DNA of 62,598 bases, filler included, from Deltaproteobacteria bacterium (GCA_013151235.1; 4 parts of 4 records of this genome joined end to end with filler, not necessarily neighbours in it), one strand, 5' to 3'. Positions 19,960 through 29,891 are shown, counted from the first letter of the whole stretch. Made by a program: numbers and translations. The notes: a model not told the origin generated them from the letters alone.

Positions 19960-22062
19960 TCAGACCGGCCCGAAGGTGATTTCTCTATCTTCAATGTCAA
20001 CATTCTCTACCCTGACCGTTATTTCATCCCCAATGGTGAAACTTTTCTTTTTCCTTCTCCCGATGAGCCTGAACCGGTCTTCATCGAACCTGTAATAGTC
20101 ATCGGACATGGAGGAGACACGAAGAAAACCCTCCACAAAAATCTCCTTAAGCTGAATCCTCAGGCCGTGAGCATTAACACTTGTAACGAACCCAACGTAT
20201 TCGTTTCCGACCTTGTCCTTCATAAACCATGTTCGCATTGCTCTGACAATCTCTCTCTCCGCCTCGTCGGCCGTTCGCTCGGTGGCTGAAGAATGAGCGG
20301 CGATCTCCGGTAGAACACCCTGGAGATAACTCCTCTTCTTGTCCGTGATACCCTTGCCGGAGAGAATATCCTTAAGTACCCTGTGGACAACCAGGTCCGG
20401 GTAGCGCCTTATCGGGGAGGTGAAGTGGGTGTAGCTCTTTGACGCAAGGCCGAAATGGCCTGTATTCTCAGTTGAGTATTTCGCCTGCTTCAGGGACCTC
20501 AGCAGAAGGATATTCAGCATGGGAGCCTCCTTCTTTCCCTGGATCTTCTTCAGTATGGACCGGAACGCGGCGGCACCCGCCCCCCTGGGCTGAAGACCGA
20601 ACGTCTTTAAGATCGGTCTTAATTCGTCGAGTTTGGAATTATCCGGCTCTTCATGGACCCTGTAGAGAGACGGCACATCGAGACCTTCAATATAGGAGGA
20701 TACGGCCTCATTGGCTGCGATCATAAATTCCTCTATGATCATGTGACTTATGTTCCTCTCCGTCTTCATGATCGCCTCGGGGCTCCCCTGCAGATCAAGG
20801 AGTATATACGGTTCAGGCAGGTCAAAATCGAGACTTCCCCGTTTTACCCTCGATCTTTTCAGGATCTCGTACAACTCCCCCATCGTCTCAAGGTCCTCCA
20901 GGAGAGAATCGTATCTCTTCCTTTCAACCGGATCATGATCCATGAGGATCCTGCCGACTTCGGTATAGGTCAACCTCTCATTGCTGTTGATGACGCTTGG
21001 ATAAAAGGCCTTCTTCGTCATCTTCCCGTCCGTGTTTACATGCATCTCAGCCGTAAAGGCAAACCTGTCCGTTTTTGGCAAGAGGCTACAGAGATTGTTC
21101 GAGAGCGTTTCCGGAAGCATCGGAATCACCTGCCCGGGAAAATAGACGCTGGTACCCCTCCGTCTTGCCTCAATATCAATCCCGGACTCCCACCGGACAT
21201 AATGGCTGACATCCGCGATATGTACATAGAGAATAAAACCGCCTTTTATCTTTTTAATCGATATGGCGTCATCGAAATCCTTGGCGTCCACCCCGTCAAT
21301 CGTGACCGTCGTAAGACCGCGGCAGTCGACCCGGCTCCCGGGACGTATCGCCGGACTGAACCCCTTTGCCTCCTTAAGCACCGCGGGGGCAAACCTGCGG
21401 GGAAGGGAGTGCTCCTCGATGATCATATCGATCTCAACTCCGGGGTTATCAGCATCCGGAAGGACCTTCAGGATACGTCCCTCGGGAGGTCTCGTCGGTG
21501 TCGGATAAGTTGTAAGCTCGACCAAAACAAGGTTGCCGCTCTTTGCCCCCTTCCTGTTAGCGTTGCTGACAAGGACATCAAAGGGAAGGTTTTTCCCCTT
21601 AGGTGCAACAAAATAGCTCCCTTTCTCATGACACAGCTTTCCGATGATCCTCTTGCGGGCACGCTGGAGGATCTTGATGATCGCGCCGTCCCTCTTTTTA
21701 TGGCTTTCCACCCTCGCGATGACCCGGTCTCCGGACATCGCACCCATGGTCTTTCTCCTGGGAATAAAGAGATCCGCTTCTTCTGATTTCTCCGGCAGGA
21801 TAAAACCGTAGCCGTCCCTGTGCCCCTGAAATTCTCCGGTGATCAGGTTCATTTTGTCTGCAATGCCGTACAGACCGGAACGGGTCCTGTATATACTGCC
21901 TGAACTTGTAAGGGATTTCAGTACACGCCTCAAGGACCCGGGCCGGCCGGAAAAGACCTTCAGGTTTCGGGCGATCTCCTTCATCCCGACGGGTTTTGAG
22001 GTCTTCGTCTTCAGATACTTGAGGACTGCATCGCCCTCTCTTAATTTTTCAGGTTTTTTCAT
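19960..22062 (-). CDS. rnr: Ribonuclease R
   Basis: GHRDGYGF, TIDG.DAKDFDDA, HFTSPIRRYPDL, C-terminal S1 domain. Confidence 0.93.
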   Translation of the reverse strand: MKKPEKLREGDAVLKYLKTKTSKPVGMKEIARNLKVFSGRPGSLRRVLKSLTSSGSIYRTRSGLYGIADKMNLITGEFQGHRDGYGFILPEKSEEADLFIPRRKTMGAMSGDRVIARVESHKKRDGAIIKILQRARKRIIGKLCHEKGSYFVAPKGKNLPFDVLVSNANRKGAKSGNLVLVELTTYPTPTRPPEGRILKVLPDADNPGVEIDMIIEEHSLPRRFAPAVLKEAKGFSPAIRPGSRVDCRGLTTVTIDGVDAKDFDDAISIKKIKGGFILYVHIADVSHYVRWESGIDIEARRRGTSVYFPGQVIPMLPETLSNNLCSLLPKTDRFAFTAEMHVNTDGKMTKKAFYPSVINSNERLTYTEVGRILMDHDPVERKRYDSLLEDLETMGELYEILKRSRVKRGSLDFDLPEPYILLDLQGSPEAIMKTERNISHMIIEEFMIAANEAVSSYIEGLDVPSLYRVHEEPDNSKLDELRPILKTFGLQPRGAGAAAFRSILKKIQGKKEAPMLNILLLRSLKQAKYSTENTGHFGLASKSYTHFTSPIRRYPDLVVHRVLKDILSGKGITDKKRSYLQGVLPEIAAHSSATERTADEAEREIVRAMRTWFMKDKVGNEYVGFVTSVNAHGLRIQLKEIFVEGFLRVSSMSDDYYRFDEDRFRLIGRRKKKSFTIGDEITVRVENVDIEDREITFGPV

Positions 22063-22110
22063 GGTTTCGGTTCAATCCTCCAAATAATATATCAAGATAC
22101 CCCCAAAAAC

Positions 22111-23358
22111 CTAAACAAGATAGACAGGCAGAAATGCAATATCCTTGTTCCTGTCAAAGAAACAGTAATTCTCAGACAATACGATCATTCTGTCCACCGG
22201 ATACTTTTCCCTGAAATGAAACACCGCCCTGCCTCCCTTATTCGAAGCTAATAGGGATTTCACCTCTATAGCAATATTCAGCCCTTGGGCCTCGATCACG
22301 AAATCGATCTCGGCTTTGGATTTTGTACGCCAATAATGAACCTCGTAGCCCCTTTTCAACAACTGCCCTGCCACAAAATTTTCATTTAGGCATCCCCTGT
22401 CCGTCCTTTCGTCCAGAGGCTGGAAATTATTGATGACCATATTGCGGAAGCCGTTATCCCAGAAATAGACTTTTGGAGTCTTGGCAATTTCCGTACGTCT
22501 GTTCTTGCAAAAAGGAGTCAGTCTTTTAATGACAAACGTCTTCTCCAGTATGGCCAAATGGCTTCGGAGCCGGCTGAAGTTGAGAGATGAGACTTGGCCC
22601 AGTTCGTTATGCACGATCATAGACCCGGCCTGAAGAGAGAGCGCCTTCACAAGTTTCCGCAATTCATTCTCCGTGCTCAACTGCAGGATGTCTCGAATCT
22701 CCCGCAGCAGATACGTATTATAGATATTTTTTAAAACCGTTATTTTCTCTTTCTTGCCCTCAGCAAGTACGACCCTGGGATACCCGCCGAAAATGGCATA
22801 TTCGTGATAGTGTTTAAGGATCTCCCGGCCGACGTGTTCAGAAAGTTTCGGGGGTGTCTTTCGTTTGCCCTGCATGTAGCGATCCGTCTTCTCCTTGGCA
22901 TCGAGATAGACGTTTTCATAAAGTCCCGGCTCCCTGTAGGCCAGGCACTCCTGGAAGGTAAAGACGGGAAGGTGAAAAATAAAGATGCGGCCCACCAGGT
23001 ATTTGATGGCCTGATGGGTGAGGTCCAACACCGATGACCCTGAAATAATAATCTTGATCCCGTAGGTGTCATAAAGGTATTTCAGCTTTTGGCCTCCGTC
23101 CGCGGCATACTGAAACTCGTCAATGATAAGATAGTCCGCTCCCTTTACATGAATATTGAAGAAGGCTTTGATATCCGTGTTGAAAAGGCTCAAAAGGTCC
23201 CGGTCCTCAAAGTCCAGAAAGACAGCCTTACTGAGCGACTTCACAATTTGTTTTAAAAGTGTAGTTTTTCCGGATTGGCGTGGACCAATAATAGCCAGTA
23301 TCTCAGGCGTGGGAAGATATTTTCTGATAATTGCTTCGAGATCACGTTTTATATACAT
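22111..23358 (-). CDS. AAA+ ATPase (AAA_14 + DUF4143)
   Basis: GPRQSGKTT, IIDEFQY, SGSS, GGYP, KVYFWDNG, YWRTKSKAEIDF..IEVK. Confidence 0.88.
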   Translation of the reverse strand: MYIKRDLEAIIRKYLPTPEILAIIGPRQSGKTTLLKQIVKSLSKAVFLDFEDRDLLSLFNTDIKAFFNIHVKGADYLIIDEFQYAADGGQKLKYLYDTYGIKIIISGSSVLDLTHQAIKYLVGRIFIFHLPVFTFQECLAYREPGLYENVYLDAKEKTDRYMQGKRKTPPKLSEHVGREILKHYHEYAIFGGYPRVVLAEGKKEKITVLKNIYNTYLLREIRDILQLSTENELRKLVKALSLQAGSMIVHNELGQVSSLNFSRLRSHLAILEKTFVIKRLTPFCKNRRTEIAKTPKVYFWDNGFRNMVINNFQPLDERTDRGCLNENFVAGQLLKRGYEVHYWRTKSKAEIDFVIEAQGLNIAIEVKSLLASNKGGRAVFHFREKYPVDRMIVLSENYCFFDRNKDIAFLPVYLV

Positions 23359-23502
23359 AATTTTGGCAGGGTTATTGTTTTGATATACTTAAAAATAGCA
23401 GGGTTGTATATGGATGTCAATTCTTTATTACAGCTTGTCTTTGTCGGATTCCGGTCCGCTCTTACTCAACGCTTGCTTGACCCCTCGGCCATTGATTCCC
23501 CG

Positions 23503-24422
23503 TAATGGGTCCGGACCCTTTCGATGTAAACAATCTTTTTCTTTTCATGGGCGAAATGAGTGTTTTAAGACTATATGGGGGAAGGGGTGGGTAGCTGTTA
23601 TACCTATCCGTTACCATGGTCTGATAATCATATAAAAGGCACCTCCCCAGCATACCAACGAATTTTGGTATGCTGAGGTAACCCAAAACCTTTCAAAGGA
23701 GGTGCCAGATGAAATTGTACACAGCATTTGATCTGCATTCAAACAATAGTTATCTCGGGATTATTGATGAGAAGGGAAATCGGATTGGGAAGAAAAAGCT
23801 TCCCAATGAAGGCAATGTCATTTTGGATGCTCTAAAACCCCATGGGAAAGATATTGAGGGGATTGTGGTAGAATCGACATACAACTGGTACTGGCTGGTT
23901 GACCTTCTCATGGACGCAGGGTATAGCATGCATCTGGCCAACCCTTCGGCCATTCAGAAGTACTCCGGGTTGAAACATATGGATGATAAGCACGATGCCT
24001 TTTGGTTGGCAGAGATGTTACGCTTAGGGATTTTACCGGAGGGATATATCTATCCCAAGGAGGAACGTCCGGTTCGGGATTTGCTCCGAAAACGGGGTCA
24101 CCTGGTCAGGCTCAGAACGTCCCTGATTATCAGTCTTCAGAATATTGTCAGCCGAAACTGCGGGTTCAAGATCAATGTGAATGATGTGAAGAGGCTGAAA
24201 GAAAACCGGATCCATCCTCTGTTGGAAGAGAATGAGGACCTGGCCCTTGCCGGCAGCGTCAGCAAAGAGGCGATCGACTTTCTGACCCGTAAGATCCAAC
24301 AGATTGAATCGGTAGTTCTGAAAAAGATGGCTTTGAATGCATCCCACAGTTTTCTCCTCAGCATTCCGGGAGTGGGAAAGATATTGGCCCTGACCATCAT
24401 GCTGGAGAGCGGCCCCATCGGG
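23503..24422 (+). mobile_element. IS110-family element, left part (truncated by contig end)
   Basis: Non-coding left end beginning TAATGGGTCCGGACCC with hairpins, followed by the transposase. The left boundary is inferred. Confidence 0.7.
23709..24422 (+). CDS. IS110-family transposase/recombinase (partial)
   Basis: DEDD RuvC-like motifs FDLHSN, VESTYNWYW, DDKHDA; start of Tnp20 domain SIPGVG; runs into the gap. Confidence 0.9.
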
Positions 24423-24522
24423 NNNNNNNNNNNNNNNNNNNNNNNNNNNNNNNNNNNNNNNNNNNNTTAATTAATTAANNNNNNNNNNNNNNNNNNNNNN
24501 NNNNNNNNNNNNNNNNNNNNNN
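24423..24522. other. Artificial contig linker
   Basis: N-run + TTAATTAATTAA (stops in six frames) + N-run, 100 nt. Confidence 0.95.
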
Positions 24523-24951
24523 CGCCTGATCCGCCATTACGGTCTTCATTCCGACGACTATGATGTTGCAAAGCAGGGATGGAAGTATACGCTGAAAAGC
24601 GGCCGGGTCCTCGAATTCATCCCGACCTCCTTTCTGCATGCGCCCGGTGCAATCGCCACCTATGATGCCAGGACCCGGACCCTTTTTTCCGGCGATCTCT
24701 TCGGCGCGATTGGCCGGGAATGGTCCCTCTTTGCCGATGAGGAATTTATCGCCCCCATGGAGGAATTCCACCGCCTCTACATGCCTTCGAAGAAAATTCT
24801 GCGATCCTGCATGAACCGGCTGGAAGGGTACGCCATCGACCGGATCCTTCCCCAGCACGGATCAATCCTCGAAGGCGAACAGGTCAAAACGGCCACCGCC
24901 CGTCTTCGGGAACTGGAGTGCGGCATAGATCTTTCCGTGGAAGAACCATGA
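24523..24951 (+). CDS. MBL-fold ODP/FprA-like di-iron protein, C-terminal part
   Basis: Manual translation: ..FLHAPGAIATYD..LFSGDLFG..FHRLYMPS..ILPQHGS..LECGID; most of it is missing from the ORF track. Confidence 0.8.
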   Translation, partial: RLIRHYGLHSDDYDVAKQGWKYTLKSGRVLEFIPTSFLHAPGAIATYDARTRTLFSGDLFGAIGREWSLFADEEFIAPMEEFHRLYMPSKKILRSCMNRLEGYAIDRILPQHGSILEGEQVKTATARLRELECGIDLSVEEP

Positions 24952-25103
24952 TGAAGTCGTAAAAAGTCGTTTTCCGGATTCCGTTCATGGTTCGACAGGC
25001 TTCCGAGCATGGTGAGCTTGCCGAACCACACGAACGGAATCAATAACTTACACCGTTCGCACTGAGCCTGTCGAAGGGCTTCGTGACTTTTTACGAGACC
25101 ATC
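24950..25103. mobile_element. MITE family A, complete copy
   Basis: TIRs GATGAAGTCGTAAAAAGTC / GACTTTTTACGAGACCATC; 6-bp direct repeat AACCAT on both sides. Confidence 0.9.
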
Positions 25104-25107
25104 AACC

Positions 25108-26964
25108 ATGAAACACTACGACAAGGAGATCGTCCGGACGAGCGACCGGCAATTAACGGAGATCCTGACCATCAACAAGGAGCTCACGGAAAAATCGCTC
25201 CGGATGCGGTGTCTCTCCTATCTCGCGGAAGTGAAATCCGAACTCCTGACCCAGACCGTCTATGAGATCGGCCGGAGCAAGAAAATCCTGCAGCAGATCA
25301 ACCTTGATCTCACCTCCTCCCATACGACCCTGAAACACCAGCAGGAGATTGTCAGAGCACAGAACGAGGAACTGGAACGATGTGTTGCGGAACGGGTAGC
25401 CGATCTTCAACATTCAAATAAAACCTTACGGGAAGAGATCGAAGCACACCGGAAGAGTGAGAAACAACTACTCCTCTTCCGTACGCTCCTCAACCATTCC
25501 AATGACGAGATTTTCGTGATTGATCCCGAACGGGGAACCTTTCTTGATGTTAATGAAAAGACCTGCACGGAACTCGGATACAGTCGCGTGGAACTCCTTT
25601 CCAGGAGTGTCATCGATGTCGAACAAACCATTCCGGATCTCGCTGCATGGCAGACTCATGTTAAAGAACTTGCTCATATGGGAACGGCACTCTTCCCGGG
25701 GATACACATCCGGAAGGACGGAACGACCTTTCCGGTCGAGGTGAGCGCCTCCTACATCCGGGAAGAAGATACGGCTTATCTTGTAGCGGTCGCCCGAAAC
25801 ATCACGGACCGGAAAAAACTAGAGGCGCAGTTCCTGCAGTCACAGAAAATGGAGGCAATCGGCCGGTTTGCCGGGGGGATCGCTCACGACTTCAACAACC
25901 TGCTCACGGCCATTATCGGCTATTCGGAGATGCTCCTCCTCGATCGAACGCCCAAGAGTGGCGATTACGATGAGATCAAAACGATCCGCGAGACGGCAGA
26001 ACGGGCATCACAACTGACCCGCAGGATCCTCGCCTTCAGCAAAAGGCCGGTAATGGAGCCAACATTGTTCAATCTGAACGATATTCTCCGCGATATGGAG
26101 AAGATGCTTACGCGTCTGTTAGGAGAAGATATTGAGTTTCGCTTTGAACCGGATGCAGATCTTCGAACGATCAAGGCCGACCCGGGCCAGGTGGAGCAAG
26201 TCCTCCTCAACCTCGTTGTCAATGCACGCGATGCCATGCCCGACGGAGGGAGGTTGACCGTTGCCACGACCAATATCCGACTCGACCCCTCCTATGTCCA
26301 GGCCCACCCGGAGATTCGAACAGGTGATTACGTCCTGCTCTCCGTCACCGACACCGGAATCGGGATGGAAGAAGAAGTTCGGACACATATCTTCGACCCC
26401 TATTTCACAACAAAAGAAGACGGAACGGGGCTGGGACTCTCCACGGTTTACGGGATCGTCCGCCAGAACGGCGGACACCTTTATGTCTACAGCGAAATTG
26501 AACAGGGAACGACCTTTAAGGTCTATTTCCCTGTGGCAACACAAGGAGGAGTCACAAAAGAAGTTCTCCAAAAGGAAGAGACGTCGCTTCCCCACGGCCG
26601 GGAAACACTCCTCGTGGTGGAGGACGAACAGACGATTATCACACTTGTCCTTCAGGTCCTCGAATCCCTGGACTATAACGTTCGGACCGCGATGAGCGGC
26701 GAGGAGGCGCTAAGACTCATCGCTGAACGGGACAGACCGCCCGATCTGCTGATCACCGACGTTATCCTCACGGGGATCGGAGGACCGGAAATGGCCGTCG
26801 AAATGAAAAAGAAGTGGGCCGACCTGAAGGTCCTTTTCATGTCCGGTTATGCGGACCGTAGGATTGCAAAACTTTCCGAGCTGCCTGAACCCATGGCCTT
26901 CCTTCCCAAACCCTTTACACCGGGCGAACTGGCCCGGAAGGTCCGGGAAATACTGGATGGATAA
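25108..26964 (+). CDS. Cytoplasmic hybrid histidine kinase (coiled coil, PAS, HisKA, HATPase, REC)
   Basis: [38 protein letters not shown]-terminal receiver. Confidence 0.92.
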   Translation: MKHYDKEIVRTSDRQLTEILTINKELTEKSLRMRCLSYLAEVKSELLTQTVYEIGRSKKILQQINLDLTSSHTTLKHQQEIVRAQNEELERCVAERVADLQHSNKTLREEIEAHRKSEKQLLLFRTLLNHSNDEIFVIDPERGTFLDVNEKTCTELGYSRVELLSRSVIDVEQTIPDLAAWQTHVKELAHMGTALFPGIHIRKDGTTFPVEVSASYIREEDTAYLVAVARNITDRKKLEAQFLQSQKMEAIGRFAGGIAHDFNNLLTAIIGYSEMLLLDRTPKSGDYDEIKTIRETAERASQLTRRILAFSKRPVMEPTLFNLNDILRDMEKMLTRLLGEDIEFRFEPDADLRTIKADPGQVEQVLLNLVVNARDAMPDGGRLTVATTNIRLDPSYVQAHPEIRTGDYVLLSVTDTGIGMEEEVRTHIFDPYFTTKEDGTGLGLSTVYGIVRQNGGHLYVYSEIEQGTTFKVYFPVATQGGVTKEVLQKEETSLPHGRETLLVVEDEQTIITLVLQVLESLDYNVRTAMSGEEALRLIAERDRPPDLLITDVILTGIGGPEMAVEMKKKWADLKVLFMSGYADRRIAKLSELPEPMAFLPKPFTPGELARKVREILDG

Positions 26965-27019
26965 GGTTCAAATCGGGGGCGGGTACACCCTGAGGAAGCA
27001 ACTAATTCCGGCGGACTGT

Positions 27020-28261
27020 TCAATTCAGAAGTGTCCAACTCTTTTTATAGAATTTTTTTAGCAGAGAAACCATCGCCGGATTGTAATCGATTGAGGCATG
27101 TTCCTTGATTATAAATTCAATTCCATTTTCCTGATCATCTGAATAGGCAATGAGAGCACCTTCAATCTTGGCGTTTTCACTCAACTTGATCCGGGTTACG
27201 CCGTGATGCTTCGGATCCAGGTGGCGGAGTATAACCAGCCCGTGATAGTTGAAATTATCGTTGGCATCAAGACGGGCGGCTGTGCTTTCACAGCCGTCAT
27301 TATAATCATCAATAATCAGAACACCGTAGCCGGTCACAGAGTTTTCAGTCTTCACATTTCCCTGCAAATAGGTCACTTGCGGAGCATCGGCAGTCCCCAT
27401 CAGCAAAAGGTCAAGATTGTGCTCATTATCAATCCTGATAACTTTTGCGGCTTTGTCCGGCTCCCTACCGCGGAGAAGGCTGTTGACAAACCCGTCCAGT
27501 TCTTCACGTGTCGGGTGATAATTATGAGTGATTGAAGTAACCGCTGACGTTTCATCTTCTATATCAGGCAATGAATCCGTCGTGGCAATTTTGATTTCAG
27601 TATCATCCTTCGTTTTCTTCCCTTTTATTTTCCCTTCCCAACTACTTTCAATCCTGATCTGCACATTAGGAGGCCGTTTTGTATTATCACCAGCGCCGCC
27701 GGGATTAATCAGGTTCACTGCGCCATTCAAGAGAAGAGTACCGAAGGTAATCCGGACCATATCCCGTTTGTCGTCATAGCGTGAGAAAAGAGAGAATGAA
27801 CCATCACCATGATTACTAATATGGATCGTATAGCTCTCTCCATCGTCCGGATTGCAGAGAGCATTGATGTCTTCTCCTTCGGCAAGAATATCTTCTTTCT
27901 GGGGGGACAGGTAAGCATTCAAGACGGGAGTAATGTCACCATCGACCGTGTCATACTCGAGAAGATCGTTCAAACTGTCAAATGTATAGTTGGTATTATT
28001 GATATTCAGCGATGTCCCGCTTATGATCGCCTCAATATTGCTTGCGGCCAACTCCGTGCATCCCTCGGCAGCATACAGATTTTTCTTGTTCTGATAATCA
28101 TTCCCGGCGATCTTCGTGTCAATGGTTGTATTAATCATGGCCGTCATCCCGATCAGGGTCAGGGCCAAAAGGATCAGCAAGGCCGTCACCAGGGCCATGC
28201 CCTGGTCATTCACATACACAACGCTCATCCTCGAAAAACGAATCATGGTTCTTCCCCTCAC
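27020..28261 (-). CDS. pilX: PilX-like minor pilin with large C-terminal domain
   Basis: QG-MALVTALLILLALTLIG (no Glu5), IAGN; last gene of the minor-pilin cluster. Confidence 0.7.
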   Translation of the reverse strand: MRGRTMIRFSRMSVVYVNDQGMALVTALLILLALTLIGMTAMINTTIDTKIAGNDYQNKKNLYAAEGCTELAASNIEAIISGTSLNINNTNYTFDSLNDLLEYDTVDGDITPVLNAYLSPQKEDILAEGEDINALCNPDDGESYTIHISNHGDGSFSLFSRYDDKRDMVRITFGTLLLNGAVNLINPGGAGDNTKRPPNVQIRIESSWEGKIKGKKTKDDTEIKIATTDSLPDIEDETSAVTSITHNYHPTREELDGFVNSLLRGREPDKAAKVIRIDNEHNLDLLLMGTADAPQVTYLQGNVKTENSVTGYGVLIIDDYNDGCESTAARLDANDNFNYHGLVILRHLDPKHHGVTRIKLSENAKIEGALIAYSDDQENGIEFIIKEHASIDYNPAMVSLLKKFYKKSWTLLN

Positions 28262-28842
28262 ATATTCCTCAAGACAACACGCCGGGTCAAGACGATCTGC
28301 CGATAACCATTATTGTTTTTGTACCTCGGGTCTGCCCTCCGGGTCCTCGCAATGATCGTCACGGTCACGACATGGGGATTAACGGGGTTGTCCACCTGGA
28401 ACATCGGGGTATCAGGAATTCCGTCCCCAGTTAGGTCCTGGGTGATAAAAGATGCGATAAAACCGTTGCCGGCACCCGTCCCGCTTACACTGATGCGGCC
28501 GGCTTTATCCTCCTTGCTTGAATACAGGTCCGTCCCTTGATTAAAACGATACACAACTCCGTCTTGCAGGAGGACGCCATCCCCTTGTCGGGGATGATCA
28601 GTGAATATATGTTTTAACGTAAGGCTCTGCGTTCTTTGAAGTCCCCCAACCAAGTAGTCCATGGCCACCCTGGCATTCTGTTCCATCTCCTGCACGTTTT
28701 CCTGAACATTGTAGCTCCGGCTCTGAGAAACCATGAAGTTCACCAGTCCCGCCGTCACAATCCCCGTCAAAGCAAGAGTAACAAGAATTTCAACCAGGGT
28801 GAATCCACCCTGTCTCCCCTTATGGTCGGTAGCCACAGTCAC
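28258..28842 (-). CDS. pilW: PilW-like minor pilin
   Basis: GFTLVE prepilin motif, EMEQNARVAMD, C-terminal VVLRN. Confidence 0.7.
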   Translation of the reverse strand: MTVATDHKGRQGGFTLVEILVTLALTGIVTAGLVNFMVSQSRSYNVQENVQEMEQNARVAMDYLVGGLQRTQSLTLKHIFTDHPRQGDGVLLQDGVVYRFNQGTDLYSSKEDKAGRISVSGTGAGNGFIASFITQDLTGDGIPDTPMFQVDNPVNPHVVTVTIIARTRRADPRYKNNNGYRQIVLTRRVVLRNM

Positions 28843-28848
28843 CTGAAC

Positions 28849-29391
28849 TCACATCCGGCCGATAATTGTTGTAAAGTCGGCATGGTGCAGTTTCGGTGGT
28901 TCCGTCCTTCCCGGATCCGGCCAGAAAACCGAGACCGCCACTTTCGCAAAAAGAGGCCGCGTAGGATCAGGGTAGAATGTCACCACACGTGTCCACGTAA
29001 AACCCTTGTAGGGGTTATCCACTTTCCCGTCCCCGTCGATATCAATATCTCCGGGATCTAAATTTCCATCACCGTTAATATCCCCGTAGGGAATGCTTGT
29101 TGTGGATTGATTATTCTTTGTCAAAAAGAGTTCGTTTGTTGTGAAGGGATTCCCGTTATTAAGATCCGTTAAGCTCGCGAACAAGGTTGCTAAACTCTTG
29201 CTTCTAGCCTCCTCGATAAGGTCAGCCCCAATCGAGGTCGCAATCGTCATATTGCTGCTGAAGGCATTGGAGCGAATCATTTGAGCCTGGAGCCCCGCCA
29301 GTCCCAACAGCCCGAAAGAGAGAACCACCAAGGTGATCAGTAGTTCAATCAGGGTAAAACCTTCCTGATTCGACACCCTACTTCTTGACAA
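28849..29391 (-). CDS. pilV: PilV-like minor pilin
   Basis: GFTLIELLI..LSFGLLGLAGLQ; VAVSVFW near the C-terminus. Confidence 0.75.
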   Translation of the reverse strand: MSRSRVSNQEGFTLIELLITLVVLSFGLLGLAGLQAQMIRSNAFSSNMTIATSIGADLIEEARSKSLATLFASLTDLNNGNPFTTNELFLTKNNQSTTSIPYGDINGDGNLDPGDIDIDGDGKVDNPYKGFTWTRVVTFYPDPTRPLFAKVAVSVFWPDPGRTEPPKLHHADFTTIIGRM

Positions 29392-29845
29392 GCCTTAACC
29401 CTCCGACAGGATTTATCTTTACCTCATATTCTGTAACCGTTTGTCTGAGACCAACCGTGATGGTTTGCGCCCCATCCTTCAGATTGCCCATGGGCTGATA
29501 AGTCAGCTTCCCGGCATTGGCCCCACACAAATTACTTGTCAGCTTTACATCGGGGGTACTATCTTGGAAGTCAACCCGCGGAATCACATCACGTCCAGTG
29601 CTATCCTGAATCGACATTGCAGCAGCCGGGTTCAGAGAAAAAATTATATCGACAGTCTTATTCTCTTCAATCGCCGCCATTCGTGCCAACTGCAAATTGG
29701 TGTAGATCTCCCGCGCCGTATTCTTTACTTTTTGTGATTGAGAATATGTCTCAAGTGACGGCGCAACAAAGGCCAGGGTCAGGGCAATAATGGAGATGGT
29801 AATGATAAGCTCGATATAGGTAAAACCTGAACTTGCGCGGTGCAT
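29378..29845 (-). CDS. fimT: FimT/GspH-like minor pilin
   Basis: GFTYIE prepilin motif, LQLARMAAI, YQPMG. Confidence 0.72.
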   Translation of the reverse strand: MHRASSGFTYIELIITISIIALTLAFVAPSLETYSQSQKVKNTAREIYTNLQLARMAAIEENKTVDIIFSLNPAAAMSIQDSTGRDVIPRVDFQDSTPDVKLTSNLCGANAGKLTYQPMGNLKDGAQTITVGLRQTVTEYEVKINPVGGLRLVKK

Positions 29846-29891
29846 TATTTTATCCCTTATCTTGTACCATGTTCTGAAATAACCTCAACGG

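Noticed and set aside
24475-24858. ORF-track entries running through N-runs (also the ends of 23709-24470 and 57921-58952)
   Set aside because: X residues and stops come from the artificial linker; coordinates were trimmed to real sequence.
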